From contig JAVZDC010000001.1 of the NCBI GenBank assembly GCA_038874115.1, forward strand, positions 138,871 to 202,870: a stretch of 64,000 nucleotides of DNA. The letters run 5' to 3'. Below, piece after piece: positions 19,160-28,392 of the stretch; position 1 is the first letter of the stretch, and each line of letters starts with the position of its first letter. A program made the position numbers and the translations under genes. Source of the stretch: an archaeon (GTDB taxonomy: Archaea; B1Sed10-29; JAVZDC01). Under the pieces are notes generated by a model, which had not been told where the DNA came from, ran no database searches, and was given only the letters and a program-made list of their open reading frames with translations.

Positions 19160-20767
19160 ATGGGGAAAGACTTTTGCTTGAAGAAAACACGGAAAGAAAT
19201 CTATGAGAAATTAAGAAAATACAAACCGGAAATTAATGAAAAAGAAATTTTATTTGATACGCAGTATGGAGATTTTAGTGTGAGGTTAAAAACTGAAGAA
19301 AAAATATCGCTTGATGAAAATTTTGAAAAAGTAGAAAAAGTTGGGGATTATGTTAATTTTTTCTTGAAAAAGAAGGAATTTGCAAAGTGCGTGCTTGATG
19401 AATCTTTAAATGAAAACTTTGGGGAAATGGATGTTGGGATGGGAAAAACAGTAATTATTGATTTTTCGTCTCCAAATATTGCAAGACCTTTACATGCCGG
19501 ACATCTTTCATCAACTATAATTGGGGAGTTTTTAGCAAGGCTGCACGAATTTTGCGGGTTTAAAGTAATAAGATGGAATTATCTTGGAGATTGGGGTACA
19601 ACTCAAGGAAAAATAATTTATGAGTTTAAAAAGTACGGTGATTTAAAAAGATTAGAAAAAGAAAGGTCCAAGTATTTATTGGAACTTTATAGAAAGTTTG
19701 AAGAAGAAAAAACGCCTGAGATTGAAGAAAAAGCAAGACAAGAATTTGCTTCTTTGGAACGTGGGGACTTAGAAAATAAGAAAATGTGGAATCTTTTTAG
19801 ACAGAAAACGATAGAGGATTTAGAAAAAGTTTATGAAAGGTTGGGGGTAAAATTCGATATTTTTGAAGGGGAATCGTCTGTTGCGGAAAAAGCGAAAGAA
19901 ATCATTAGCGAAGCATTAAGTAAAAAGAAAGCCGTTTTAGAAGAAGATAATTCAGTAATAATCCCTTTGGAAGAATATGGACTAACGAATGCTCTTTTAA
20001 GGAAAAAAGACGAGTCCACACTCTATTTATCCCGAGAGATTGCGATGGTTAAAGAAAGGTTTGAAAAATATAATTGTGATGAAATACTGTATGTCGTTGG
20101 AAAAGAACAAAAAATGCATTTTGAGCAACTTAAAAAATGTTTGGAAGTTTTGGGTTACAATTTTTGGGAAAAAATAAAACATATTGATTTTGGTCATTTG
20201 AGATTACAAGGGAAAAAAATGAGTGCTAGGGAAGGGGAACTGGTGTTTGTAGAGGACATTTTGGATGAAGCAAAAAGCAAATGTGAAAAGATTGGAAAAA
20301 ATGCTGAGCTTGTTGGTCTGGGGGCCGTAAAGTTCGCGATTCTAAGCCAAAGTAGAAAAAAGGATATTGACTTTTCTTGGGAAAAAATGACTTCTTTGAG
20401 TGGGGACAGCGGACCTTATTTACAGTATGCGCTGGTAAGGTGTAAGTCGATATTAAAAAAAATATCTCTAGAAGATATAAAAGGGGATATAGAAATTCCA
20501 AATGAGATTGAATTTAAAGTAATAAAACAAATTGCCAAATTCCCAGAGGTTATAGAAAATTCTTTGAAAAATTACGATTCCTCTGAATTATCTCAATACC
20601 TTTTAAAAATTGTTCATGATTTTTCAAAATTTTATGAAACTTGTTCAGTGCTTGGGGCAGAAACGCAAAAAATAAAAAGTTTGAGAGTAAAAATAGTATT
20701 ATCTGTGCACAACATACTTACAAAAGGATTGTTTTTACTTGGTATCCCTATTTTAGAAGAAATGTGA
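19160..20767 (+). CDS. argS: Arginyl-tRNA synthetase
   Basis: Class I HIGH-like PLHAGHLSSTIIG and a DALR-type C-terminus; 535 aa. Confidence 0.8.
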   Translation: MGKDFCLKKTRKEIYEKLRKYKPEINEKEILFDTQYGDFSVRLKTEEKISLDENFEKVEKVGDYVNFFLKKKEFAKCVLDESLNENFGEMDVGMGKTVIIDFSSPNIARPLHAGHLSSTIIGEFLARLHEFCGFKVIRWNYLGDWGTTQGKIIYEFKKYGDLKRLEKERSKYLLELYRKFEEEKTPEIEEKARQEFASLERGDLENKKMWNLFRQKTIEDLEKVYERLGVKFDIFEGESSVAEKAKEIISEALSKKKAVLEEDNSVIIPLEEYGLTNALLRKKDESTLYLSREIAMVKERFEKYNCDEILYVVGKEQKMHFEQLKKCLEVLGYNFWEKIKHIDFGHLRLQGKKMSAREGELVFVEDILDEAKSKCEKIGKNAELVGLGAVKFAILSQSRKKDIDFSWEKMTSLSGDSGPYLQYALVRCKSILKKISLEDIKGDIEIPNEIEFKVIKQIAKFPEVIENSLKNYDSSELSQYLLKIVHDFSKFYETCSVLGAETQKIKSLRVKIVLSVHNILTKGLFLLGIPILEEM

Positions 20768-20773
20768 AAAAAT

Positions 20774-20968
20774 ATGGATGCAAAACAAAATTTTTTAATA
20801 TCAAAAATTCAAAGCTTGGTTGATGAAGAATTTGACAAAGGAAAGTTTAAGCCTTCAGAAAAAGAAAAAATAGTTAAATTGGCAAAAGAAATGGTAATCT
20901 CACAGAAAATAAAAAGATTTGAAGATTTGAGGAGTTTTATACACTCGTGTTTTGAAAAATTAACTTAA
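20774..20968 (+). CDS. Hypothetical small protein
   Basis: 64 aa ORF lying tightly between argS and tRNA-Arg. Confidence 0.3.
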   Translation: MDAKQNFLISKIQSLVDEEFDKGKFKPSEKEKIVKLAKEMVISQKIKRFEDLRSFIHSCFEKLT

Positions 20969-20973
20969 ACTAT

Positions 20974-21048
20974 GGGCCTGTGGCCTAGTTTGGATAAGGC
21001 AGCAGCCTTCTAAGCTGCGGATCGTGGGTTCAAATCCCACCAGGCCCG
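20974..21048 (+). tRNA. tRNA-Arg (anticodon TCT)
   Basis: Manual cloverleaf: acceptor gggcctg/caggccc, D-stem gcct/aggc, anticodon stem gcagc/gctgc with loop cttctaa, and T-arm gtggg-ttcaaat-cccac. Confidence 0.85.
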
Positions 21049-21054
21049 TACTAA

Positions 21055-21127
21055 GCTCCCGTCGTCTAGTGGCCAAGGATACGAGACTCTCACTCTCGTG
21101 ACCGGGGTTCAAATCCCCGCGGGAGCA
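21055..21127 (+). tRNA. tRNA-Glu (anticodon CTC)
   Basis: Acceptor gctcccg/cgggagc, anticodon stem cgaga/tctcg with loop ctctcac, T-arm cgggg-ttcaaat-ccccg. Confidence 0.8.
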
Positions 21128-21144
21128 TTAAAAAAGGTGGTACT

Positions 21145-21591
21145 TTGAAAAAAGTAGACGATTTAGACATTCAAATCTTAAAAATATTAAGAAGAAATTG
21201 CAAACTTTCTTATAGGCAAATTGCAAAAGAACTAAATATAGCTACGAATACGGTTAAAAAAAGAATTGAGAGATTAGAGGATGAAGGAATTATAAAAAGG
21301 TATTCAGCAACTATTGATTTTGGATTACTTGGTTATGGATTAACAGCTTTTGTTGGAATAAGATGTAAAAGAAGTGATGTCTCTAGAATCGCAGAACAAT
21401 TATCAAAAATACCAAATGTCTTTGGAACATATATAGTTACGGGAGAGTTCGACATAGTAGTGAGTTGTTCTTTCACTGATTTGGATGAATTAAATAAATT
21501 TATAACTACGGAATTATCAGATCCAGCAATAGAAATTACGAATACATTTATAGTTTTGCAAACAATAAAAGAAACTCATACATTCTTCTGA
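21145..21591 (+). CDS. Lrp/AsnC family transcriptional regulator
   Basis: N-terminal HTH (LDIQILKILRRNCKLSYRQIAKELNIATNTVKKRIERLEDEGII) plus a RAM domain; 148 aa. Confidence 0.8.
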   Translation: MKKVDDLDIQILKILRRNCKLSYRQIAKELNIATNTVKKRIERLEDEGIIKRYSATIDFGLLGYGLTAFVGIRCKRSDVSRIAEQLSKIPNVFGTYIVTGEFDIVVSCSFTDLDELNKFITTELSDPAIEITNTFIVLQTIKETHTFF

Positions 21592-21600
21592 GGGATAGAA

Positions 21601-22062
21601 ATGGAGGATTTAAAAAGTGATTTTTTAATCTTCCACGCCAAAATTGGCGATTGGCAATGTGTGAAAAGAACAGATATTGATGAAAAAATGGATCCTTTTG
21701 AAATTGCTTTAAGTCTTACAAAGTTAGAAAACTCTTTAGAAAACCAAGCTTGGAAACAAATAGGGAAAAAAATAAACCTTCAAAAATTAGATGAAATAGC
21801 GGCTGAAATTACTGGAGCCAAATTTAATCAAAAAAAGAAAGCATGGGTGCTTGATGAAAAAATAACAAGTGAAAAGATTATGGAAATTTGGAGGAAATTA
21901 AAATCACCGCACGTTTTAAAAAAAATGGATAATTTAGGCAGCAAAGAAGAATATGAAATTTGCAAAACATATTTATACAAAAAAGTTTTTGAAATACTGG
22001 AAATAAAAACAAAAATAGACTTAAAAGTTTTAGAAAAAATAACTCAAAAATCCCAATATTAG
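21601..22062 (+). CDS. Hypothetical protein
   Basis: 153 aa ORF co-directional with and downstream of the Lrp gene. Confidence 0.35.
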   Translation: MEDLKSDFLIFHAKIGDWQCVKRTDIDEKMDPFEIALSLTKLENSLENQAWKQIGKKINLQKLDEIAAEITGAKFNQKKKAWVLDEKITSEKIMEIWRKLKSPHVLKKMDNLGSKEEYEICKTYLYKKVFEILEIKTKIDLKVLEKITQKSQY

Positions 22063-22066
22063 CTAT

Positions 22067-22141
22067 GGGGCTATAGGCTAGTCTGGTCTAGGCTTCCAGC
22101 TTTGGGAGCTGGAGACCCCAGTTCAAATCTGGGTAGCCCCA
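22067..22141 (+). tRNA. tRNA-Pro (anticodon TGG)
   Basis: Acceptor ggggcta/tagcccc, anticodon stem ccagc/gctgg with loop tttggga, T-arm cccag-ttcaaat-ctggg. Confidence 0.8.
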
Positions 22142-22143
22142 TT

Positions 22144-22226
22144 GCAGGGGTAGCCAAGTGGAAAAGGCGCAGGACTTAAGATCCTGTGGGTTAGTCCCTT
22201 CGTGGGTTCAAATCCCACCCCCTGCA
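22144..22226 (+). tRNA. tRNA-Leu (anticodon TAA), type II with a long variable arm
   Basis: Acceptor gcagggg/cccctgc, anticodon stem cagga/tcctg with loop cttaaga, variable hairpin ggg-ttagt-ccc, T-arm gtggg-ttcaaat-cccac. Confidence 0.85.
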
Positions 22227-22327
22227 CCTCTTTTTGCATTTTGCTCGTAAAAATAAGTAGAAAACGATAATCTTTTAAAGATAGAAAAAGTTATATAGTT
22301 TAAAGTTTACCTGGAGAGGAGATTTGA

Positions 22328-23881
22328 ATGAAAAAATATTTTGTTTTAATTTTGACTTTGGTCTTTTTTTCTTTTAGTTTTACGAATGCAAATGCGTATA
22401 CAATTTTAAACGGGGGAATTTGTGAATGTAATTCTTGTACCGATTGTACCGCTGCATTAAACGATAGCGAAAACTGTACTTTAGAAGTAAAATTAGTGGA
22501 AAACATAACAAATTATTCTTCTGATTGCATAAATACAGGCTCAATCTATAACAAAACATTCAATTGCAATGGAAATTTCATAGAAGGAGACAATTCATCT
22601 GATTTTTGGGCTATTAGTTTGTCTGGGACGAACATGACAATAAAAAATTGTAATATAAAACATTTTGGTGTGGGAATATTTATAGGGGACATAAGCCCGG
22701 GTTATTATTCAAACTTAATAACTATTGAAAATAATACAATTTCTGAAAATTACATCGGGATTTGGTTCTTGGGAGTAGGACAAAGCATAATTCGAAATAA
22801 TATCATTTCTGCAAATCTAGAGGATGGTATTCATCTTGCTGTTTCTTGCACTCCTAGCGTTGAATTGCCGCATTCTTATAACACTGAGAACATCCAAATT
22901 TTAAATAACACAATAATTTCAAACCAAAGAGGGTTGAACGCTGAAGGAACTCAAAATAGCATCTTTGTGGATAACATTATTGGAAACAATACTGAATTGG
23001 ATCTACAAGTAAAAGGAGGATATTTTTATTACGGTGATGGAGGACCAAGTTGTACGGCTATCTTCGATGCTTTGAACAACACTTTATCATCCATTAATAT
23101 CTATGATCCAGAACTATCTAGAAAAATTGAATTCTCTGAATACGCAGCCAATATATCCTGGAACGAATCTCTTGAAATCAACGGAGTTTCAAATGCAAAT
23201 ATCCCTCAGGACCCAACAGGATACACAAACATAAGCAAATATTTGAACATAAGCTCAAGCACCGGATGGATATTCTTGAATATCTCTTACAATGAATCAG
23301 AATTAGGTAATATTCCTGAATCAAATCTTTTACTATGGAAACATAACGGAACTGAATGGTTTAATTGCTCCCAGTTTGCATCTTCCTGTGGAGTAGATAC
23401 AAACAATAACATAGTTTACGCAAACATAACTAATTTTGGAAGCATATTTACAATCCTTGGTGGAGAAGTAGATACAACTCCACCACACATAATTTCTGGG
23501 CCTACTGTGAATACAAGTACGAATTCAGCAAATATTTCTTGGGTAACTGATGAATTAGCGAACTATACTTTAGTGTACTCTGATGGATCAAATTCATGGA
23601 CTGTAAGCAACTCATCTTTTAATTACTCTCACTTTGTAATTTTAGAAAACTTAGGCGCGAATACAACATACTACTATAATATAACTATCTGGGATCAAAC
23701 AGGAAATAATTTTACGTACACGGATTACAACTTTACGACTCAAGAAATAAATATTTCGGGTGGCGAAGGGACTGTAGAAGTTACAATAACCGCAGCGCCT
23801 GAAGATGATTTGGAGTTCGCACTCACAGTCATAACATCATTTTTACTTTTATTATTTCTATTTCAGAATAAAAAACAATGA
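22328..23881 (+). CDS. Sequon-rich surface protein: right-handed parallel beta-helix repeats, an FN3-like domain and a C-terminal TM anchor
   Basis: Signal peptide followed by repeated NNxIxxNxxG motifs (NNTISENYIGIWF, NNIISANLEDGIHL, NNTIISNQRGLNA) typical of beta-helix proteins. There are dozens of NxS/T sequons. The C-terminus is FALTVITSFLLLLFLF. Confidence 0.55.
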   Translation: MKKYFVLILTLVFFSFSFTNANAYTILNGGICECNSCTDCTAALNDSENCTLEVKLVENITNYSSDCINTGSIYNKTFNCNGNFIEGDNSSDFWAISLSGTNMTIKNCNIKHFGVGIFIGDISPGYYSNLITIENNTISENYIGIWFLGVGQSIIRNNIISANLEDGIHLAVSCTPSVELPHSYNTENIQILNNTIISNQRGLNAEGTQNSIFVDNIIGNNTELDLQVKGGYFYYGDGGPSCTAIFDALNNTLSSINIYDPELSRKIEFSEYAANISWNESLEINGVSNANIPQDPTGYTNISKYLNISSSTGWIFLNISYNESELGNIPESNLLLWKHNGTEWFNCSQFASSCGVDTNNNIVYANITNFGSIFTILGGEVDTTPPHIISGPTVNTSTNSANISWVTDELANYTLVYSDGSNSWTVSNSSFNYSHFVILENLGANTTYYYNITIWDQTGNNFTYTDYNFTTQEINISGGEGTVEVTITAAPEDDLEFALTVITSFLLLLFLFQNKKQ

Positions 23882-23941
23882 AAAATAAAACTTCCAAAAC
23901 TTTTTTATTATTCAATTTCTTATATTTTAATCTGAGATAAC

Positions 23942-24535
23942 ATGTTCATAGTATTTGAAGGATTAGACGGGTCTGGACAAAGTACCCAAGCAGAATTACT
24001 TTACGAATACCTGACCTCAAGAGGAAAAAAAGTTCTTTTAACTAAAGAACCAACAAACACAATATTTGGGGGGATAGCGAAATCTTGTTTGAAAAAAGAA
24101 TTAAACTTGTCTCCAATGACTCTACAACTTCTTTTTGCAACTGATCGATCCCATCACTTAGAAAAAGAAATACTTCCAGCTCTAGAAACTGGGAAAATAG
24201 TAATATCAGACAGATATTTTTTCTCCTCTATTGCCTACGGAAGTTTAGACGTAGAGATGGATTTTTTGATGAAAATAAATTCAAAGTTCAAAGTTCCTGA
24301 CTTGATCTTTTTCTTAGACGTTCCGCCAAAAATCTGTATTAAAAGAATAAGTAATTCCAGGAATGGTTTCGAATTGTTTGAAGAAGAAAAAAAACTAGAA
24401 AAGGTTAGGGAAAATTATTTAAAAATTTGGAGCAAATTTAAAAACGTTTTTAAGATCGATGGAACCAAGGAAAAAGAAAAAGTTTTTGAAGAAATAAGAG
24501 AAATTATAGATAAGAAAGTATTTAAGGAAAAATGA
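23942..24535 (+). CDS. tmk: Thymidylate kinase
   Basis: P-loop FIVFEGLDGSGQST and the DRY motif (ISDRYFFS). Confidence 0.8.
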   Translation: MFIVFEGLDGSGQSTQAELLYEYLTSRGKKVLLTKEPTNTIFGGIAKSCLKKELNLSPMTLQLLFATDRSHHLEKEILPALETGKIVISDRYFFSSIAYGSLDVEMDFLMKINSKFKVPDLIFFLDVPPKICIKRISNSRNGFELFEEEKKLEKVRENYLKIWSKFKNVFKIDGTKEKEKVFEEIREIIDKKVFKEK

Positions 24536-24544
24536 TCGCCTAAA

Positions 24545-24618
24545 GCCTCGGTAGCTCAGATGGTTAGAGCGCTTGCTTGGTAAGCAAGAGGTCGCGAGTT
24601 CGAATCTCGCCCGAGGCT
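24545..24618 (+). tRNA. tRNA-Thr (anticodon GGT)
   Basis: Acceptor gcctcgg/ccgaggc, D-stem gctc/gagc, anticodon stem cttgc/gcaag with loop ttggtaa, T-arm gcgag-ttcgaat-ctcgc. Confidence 0.85.
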
Positions 24619-25164
24619 TTACTCCTTGAAAGGTATTAACCTGTCTAAATTTTCTTTTTTTCCATAAATTCCTTTTAAGTCGTATGGTTCTTCTGCCGGG
24701 TTGCGCAACTCGAAGAAAATCAACTCTGCGAAAGGTAAACCAGGAGTTAAGTAAAGCTCAAAAGGTCCATCATTTTTAACTTCCAACACAATCTTTCTTG
24801 GAGTCGGTACTCCATGACCTGGATGAACCAACGTAGCAGTTTGATGAACAGAAACTCCAAGTCTGGAGAGAGTAGATTTTCCATTAACGAATGCTCCTAT
24901 TTTTTGAGAAATTGCAACTTTTTCCAAAGTTCTAACCAAAACAAAGGAACCTGGTTTTAAAACAAATTTATCAAGTTCTTTTTCTTCAAAAAACTTAGAG
25001 AAGTCTTTGATTTTCTGAAGATCGATCTTTCCTTTTTTTGGAAGCCCAAACAAAGAATCCAAATGAACAAGATAAGATGCAGGAAGTAAATTTTTTTTAT
25101 CAAAAGGCGAAATAAATATATTTTTTGTTTGAATCTCTGCAAGAATATCTCGATCAGACAACAT
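24619..25164 (-). CDS. dcd: dCTP deaminase (dCTP deaminase/dUTPase family)
   Basis: MLSDRDILAEI N-terminus and jelly-roll motifs (PASYLVHLD, VLEVKNDGPFELYLTPGLPFAELIFFEL). Confidence 0.7.
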   Translation of the reverse strand: MLSDRDILAEIQTKNIFISPFDKKNLLPASYLVHLDSLFGLPKKGKIDLQKIKDFSKFFEEKELDKFVLKPGSFVLVRTLEKVAISQKIGAFVNGKSTLSRLGVSVHQTATLVHPGHGVPTPRKIVLEVKNDGPFELYLTPGLPFAELIFFELRNPAEEPYDLKGIYGKKENLDRLIPFKE

Positions 25165-25297
25165 AAAAATAAAAAAATTAAAGAAGTATTTTAATGTTTC
25201 TGTAAGAATTAAAAATCAAAAAAATAAAAAAGAGTGAGATTGGAGTCGTATTTATTATATTTGATTAAAAAATATATAAAATTTACTGTTTTGGAAG

Positions 25298-25369
25298 TGG
25301 ACCCGGCGGGATTTGAACCCGCGCCCTCCCGCTTGCAAAGCGGGCGATCTTCCGCTGATCTACAGGCCC
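25298..25369 (-). tRNA. tRNA-Ala (anticodon TGC)
   Basis: The reverse complement folds as gggcctg-ta-gatc..gatc-g-cccgc-tttgcaa-gcggg-agggc-gcggg-ttcaaat-cccgc-cgggtcc-a. The Ala identity element, a G3:U70 wobble, is present. Confidence 0.8.
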
Positions 25370-25398
25370 TTTAGATAATAAAACTTTGAAATTTGTAT

Positions 25399-26049
25399 TT
25401 AAGCGTTTTGGATCATGTGAATTTTTTCAAAAACTTCGTCCAAGTCCACTTGGGTATTCATGCATCCTGCTCTAGTGAGAGGTACCCCTTGAGCAGGGAT
25501 AGAAAAGTCCATACACAACTCCAAACCTTGTTTTACCTCGGGGATACACGCTACTCCTAAAATTGCTTTTGGCTTTTCTTTTAAAATTATTCTTTTTATG
25601 AAAGATGATCCAGGCACAATAAATACTTTATACCCTAAATCTTCTGCCTCTTTTTTAATTTTATTTGCTAAACAAGATACATTACAAGAAATACATTCTA
25701 TTCCTTTTTCAGGTGACAGTTTTGCTATGCATTTTGAGTCCCTTAAACACTGTGGTAAAAAAAGTATTCGGTTTTGGTATGGTGTTTTTAAATACGACTG
25801 TTCAAAAATCTTGTTAGCTAAAAAAATTTCAAAAATATCTATTTCTCTTCCAGAAATATTGAAAAACTTTAGGAAGAATTTTATCGGAGTTTCTAAAGTC
25901 AAAAGAATAAAAATTAACAACTTTGCATGTTTTGTTCCTTTTTTAATTGCATAAGCAGTCCAAATCGAAACAATAAGTAAAAATAATATAACCGCGACCA
26001 AAATTCCAGCAAAAACTATTCCAAGAATTTCAAAAACATTCATTAGCAA
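25399..26049 (-). CDS. Membrane protein with conserved Cys motifs (DUF116-like)
   Basis: N-terminal TM helices and a C-terminal domain containing CxxC and other Cys residues (CIAKL...CISCNVSC...GVACIPE...AGCM). Confidence 0.4.
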   Translation of the reverse strand: MLMNVFEILGIVFAGILVAVILFLLIVSIWTAYAIKKGTKHAKLLIFILLTLETPIKFFLKFFNISGREIDIFEIFLANKIFEQSYLKTPYQNRILFLPQCLRDSKCIAKLSPEKGIECISCNVSCLANKIKKEAEDLGYKVFIVPGSSFIKRIILKEKPKAILGVACIPEVKQGLELCMDFSIPAQGVPLTRAGCMNTQVDLDEVFEKIHMIQNA

Positions 26050-26414
26050 GTCACATGAATTAAAGCTATTGTTTTTTTATGTGGCGCTATTTCATTATAA
26101 ACTTTTATGGCTTTTGGAGTTTCATATTGAAGTACCTCAATTTTTTTCTTAGCTAAAAGTTCTATTGCATCATCTGTCAATTTAGCCACGCCAGTTTGTC
26201 CATTTCCAAAAACAAATACTTTAACTCCTTTTTCAAGATGAGGTTCTAATTCTTCAGCACATACGTAGTGAGAAGTTCCAAACTTTTTTTCAGCTAAAGA
26301 TCTATCTCGAATCTCAACATCTCCTTTTAAGTTGACCCAAATGTCGCAATCATATACTGTGTCCTTATACTTAACTTTCCCAAAAGAAGTCCAAACAAAC
26401 ATAAAATCAATCAA
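26043..26414 (-). CDS. Hypothetical protein (possible Mth938-like alpha/beta domain)
   Basis: 123 aa; the assignment rests on weak pattern similarity only. Confidence 0.3.
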   Translation of the reverse strand: MIDFMFVWTSFGKVKYKDTVYDCDIWVNLKGDVEIRDRSLAEKKFGTSHYVCAEELEPHLEKGVKVFVFGNGQTGVAKLTDDAIELLAKKKIEVLQYETPKAIKVYNEIAPHKKTIALIHVTC

Positions 26415-26719
26415 CGCATACCATGGGTGTATCTAACATAAGTGCCGTCTGGACCGCTAATGACAACTAACTCTTTATTTTTCATAATTTCCATCGGATC
26501 ATAGTCGCTTGGTTTTGCTTTTGTTGATCTTCCCGGGTCCGCAATATTAATTATTTCAGCAATTTCTTCCAAAGATAACGCCATTCCAGGAAAGTGTTTA
26601 ACTACCGCAATAACTTCTGCAACTTTTGTTGGTTTTGGAGCATTTTTGATGCTTAATAAAACATTATCGTCTAATCTTTTCATAATTTCAGATCTAAGTT
26701 CTAAAACCACATTCGTCAC
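26411..26719 (-). CDS. Hypothetical protein
   Basis: 102 aa ORF in an operon-like arrangement with its neighbours. Confidence 0.3.
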   Translation of the reverse strand: MTNVVLELRSEIMKRLDDNVLLSIKNAPKPTKVAEVIAVVKHFPGMALSLEEIAEIINIADPGRSTKAKPSDYDPMEIMKNKELVVISGPDGTYVRYTHGMR

Positions 26720-26720
26720 C

Positions 26721-26882
26721 TCAAATAAATTTAAATAAGATTTCTAAAATGATGACTACTGATGCAAGGATAATAACACTCAATGGCTTTATTTTAAGCC
26801 CTCCCCCTCCAGTTTCAAAAAACCTTAAAATACCTGCAGAACTTGCCGGAGCTGTGTAAGATTCAGATTTTATTCCTTTCAT
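26721..26882 (-). CDS. secG: Preprotein translocase subunit SecG / Sec61-beta
   Basis: Minus-strand translation gives MKGIKSESYTAPASSAGILRFFETGGGGLKIKPLSVIILASVVIILEILFKFI (53 aa). SSAGILRFFE plus a C-terminal TM helix match archaeal Sec61-beta (SAGLIRYxDE). It is below the 60 aa cutoff of the ORF track. Confidence 0.6.
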   Translation of the reverse strand: MKGIKSESYTAPASSAGILRFFETGGGGLKIKPLSVIILASVVIILEILFKFI

Positions 26883-26991
26883 GTTTTTATTTATTTTTTT
26901 ACTTTTATATAAACCTTTTTATTTTAGGTGGTTTTCTAAGCATGTAACTTTTAAAGGCAAATATTTTAAATAAAGTGTATATTAAAAATAC

Positions 26992-28359
26992 ATGGGTTGG
27001 AAAGAAGATCTTCCGAAAGCAATAGTATTATGTTTACTTGTATTTGTGATGTTATACTTATTAGTGAAGTTCGGGTGGCTTGCACCTGGCGACATTCCTG
27101 GTTTTTGTGGAGTTTATTATGCGATTGAAGGACAACCAAATATAGCTATAGTTTATGGAGAAGATGGTACTGGAGATCCAGAAGCTTTAAGAAATTTAAT
27201 TGCGGAAACTACTCACAAATTTCCGACTTTGATTCCTTTGGACAATGTATATTCCAGCCAAGTTCTTGAACCGTATGCCTTAGTAATAGTAGATCGGGCG
27301 AAAAAGGTAGACACAGCAAAACTTTATGCATTTAAAGATTATGTTGTTAAAGGTAAAAAATTGGTTTGGATTGGTGATGCTGGGACGGAGTTGGGAGAAA
27401 ACGATTATATTTGTAAAAAAATAACTTGGAGATATTTGCCTGCTTTTGAAGTCCGTCTTGGAATGGAATATAAATGTAGCATGATTTCTTCTGAAGGGGA
27501 TCGAAAAAACTGTGAAGAGGGGGCGTGTGAACAAATAACTGACCCTTCGAATAAACAAATTTGTCTTCTTGCTAAACTTCAAAAAGAATCTGGAACAAGT
27601 GGGACCCAAGTAGTATGTTCACAAGAATGGTTTGAAGAAACCCCAACAGTCCCAAAAGACTTTAAGGAAAAAAATGTTGGAATTTGCGGAAGGAGTTTTG
27701 CAGAAATTGTATTGAAATTTATTGAATTTAATCAATCGATTTATGAATCGGTGAATAAGTCCCCAGTAACTTTATGCCCTACAGAAAAAGAACCTTTCAG
27801 AGTAGAGGGAGCTGAATCTATAATTGCTTGTTTAGAAACATTAAAGAAAGAGAATAAACCACCTACATTAAACAGCATAAAAGAAACTTGTGTTTATTCC
27901 TTTACTGGAACTTACCAGTACGCTTTAAATCCTTGGAATAGAGGACCATCCAAAACACCAAGCGGGATTGTAGAAGGGTTAGACTTTAGCTTTATACTTG
28001 GAATGGACTACGTTTCTGACTATTATGCTAAGAGTGCGTCTGGCATTTGGTTTGAACCTGTTGATATGAATCATCCTTTGCTTGCAGGGACAGGATACGA
28101 AGCTAAAACGCAATACGCTGGAGAAGCACACTTTGGAATCGTAAATATTGAAAGATTTTCCCACAGAAGTTCATCTGTACTTAATTTAAGAATAAGTGGC
28201 AAAGTTTATCCTGGGATCGTAGTGTCCAATCCATCTGGACCTAGTCCTTTGAAAAGAGGGAATGTGATTTATATAGCATACCCTCCAGAAGAACTGGCTG
28301 GGGAAACGAAAGCGGGAAGTAATTTATTGTATAACATAATAAAATATTCCACCTGCTAG
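26992..28359 (+). CDS. Membrane-anchored extracytoplasmic protein, paralog 1 of a tandem triplet
   Basis: N-terminal TM (AIVLCLLVFVMLYLLV). The ectodomain contains ALVIVDRAKKVDTAKLYAFKDYVVKGKKLVWIGDAG, resembling a flavodoxin-like or class I GATase-like alpha/beta core, and ends in NVIYIAYPPEE. Confidence 0.45.
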   Translation: MGWKEDLPKAIVLCLLVFVMLYLLVKFGWLAPGDIPGFCGVYYAIEGQPNIAIVYGEDGTGDPEALRNLIAETTHKFPTLIPLDNVYSSQVLEPYALVIVDRAKKVDTAKLYAFKDYVVKGKKLVWIGDAGTELGENDYICKKITWRYLPAFEVRLGMEYKCSMISSEGDRKNCEEGACEQITDPSNKQICLLAKLQKESGTSGTQVVCSQEWFEETPTVPKDFKEKNVGICGRSFAEIVLKFIEFNQSIYESVNKSPVTLCPTEKEPFRVEGAESIIACLETLKKENKPPTLNSIKETCVYSFTGTYQYALNPWNRGPSKTPSGIVEGLDFSFILGMDYVSDYYAKSASGIWFEPVDMNHPLLAGTGYEAKTQYAGEAHFGIVNIERFSHRSSSVLNLRISGKVYPGIVVSNPSGPSPLKRGNVIYIAYPPEELAGETKAGSNLLYNIIKYSTC

Positions 28360-28392
28360 AAAAAAATTTAAATATATAAAACAAATTAAAAA

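Noticed and set aside
20974-25369. Introns or split arrangements in the six tRNA genes
   Set aside because: All six fold into canonical 72-83 nt cloverleaves without insertions at 37/38 or elsewhere.
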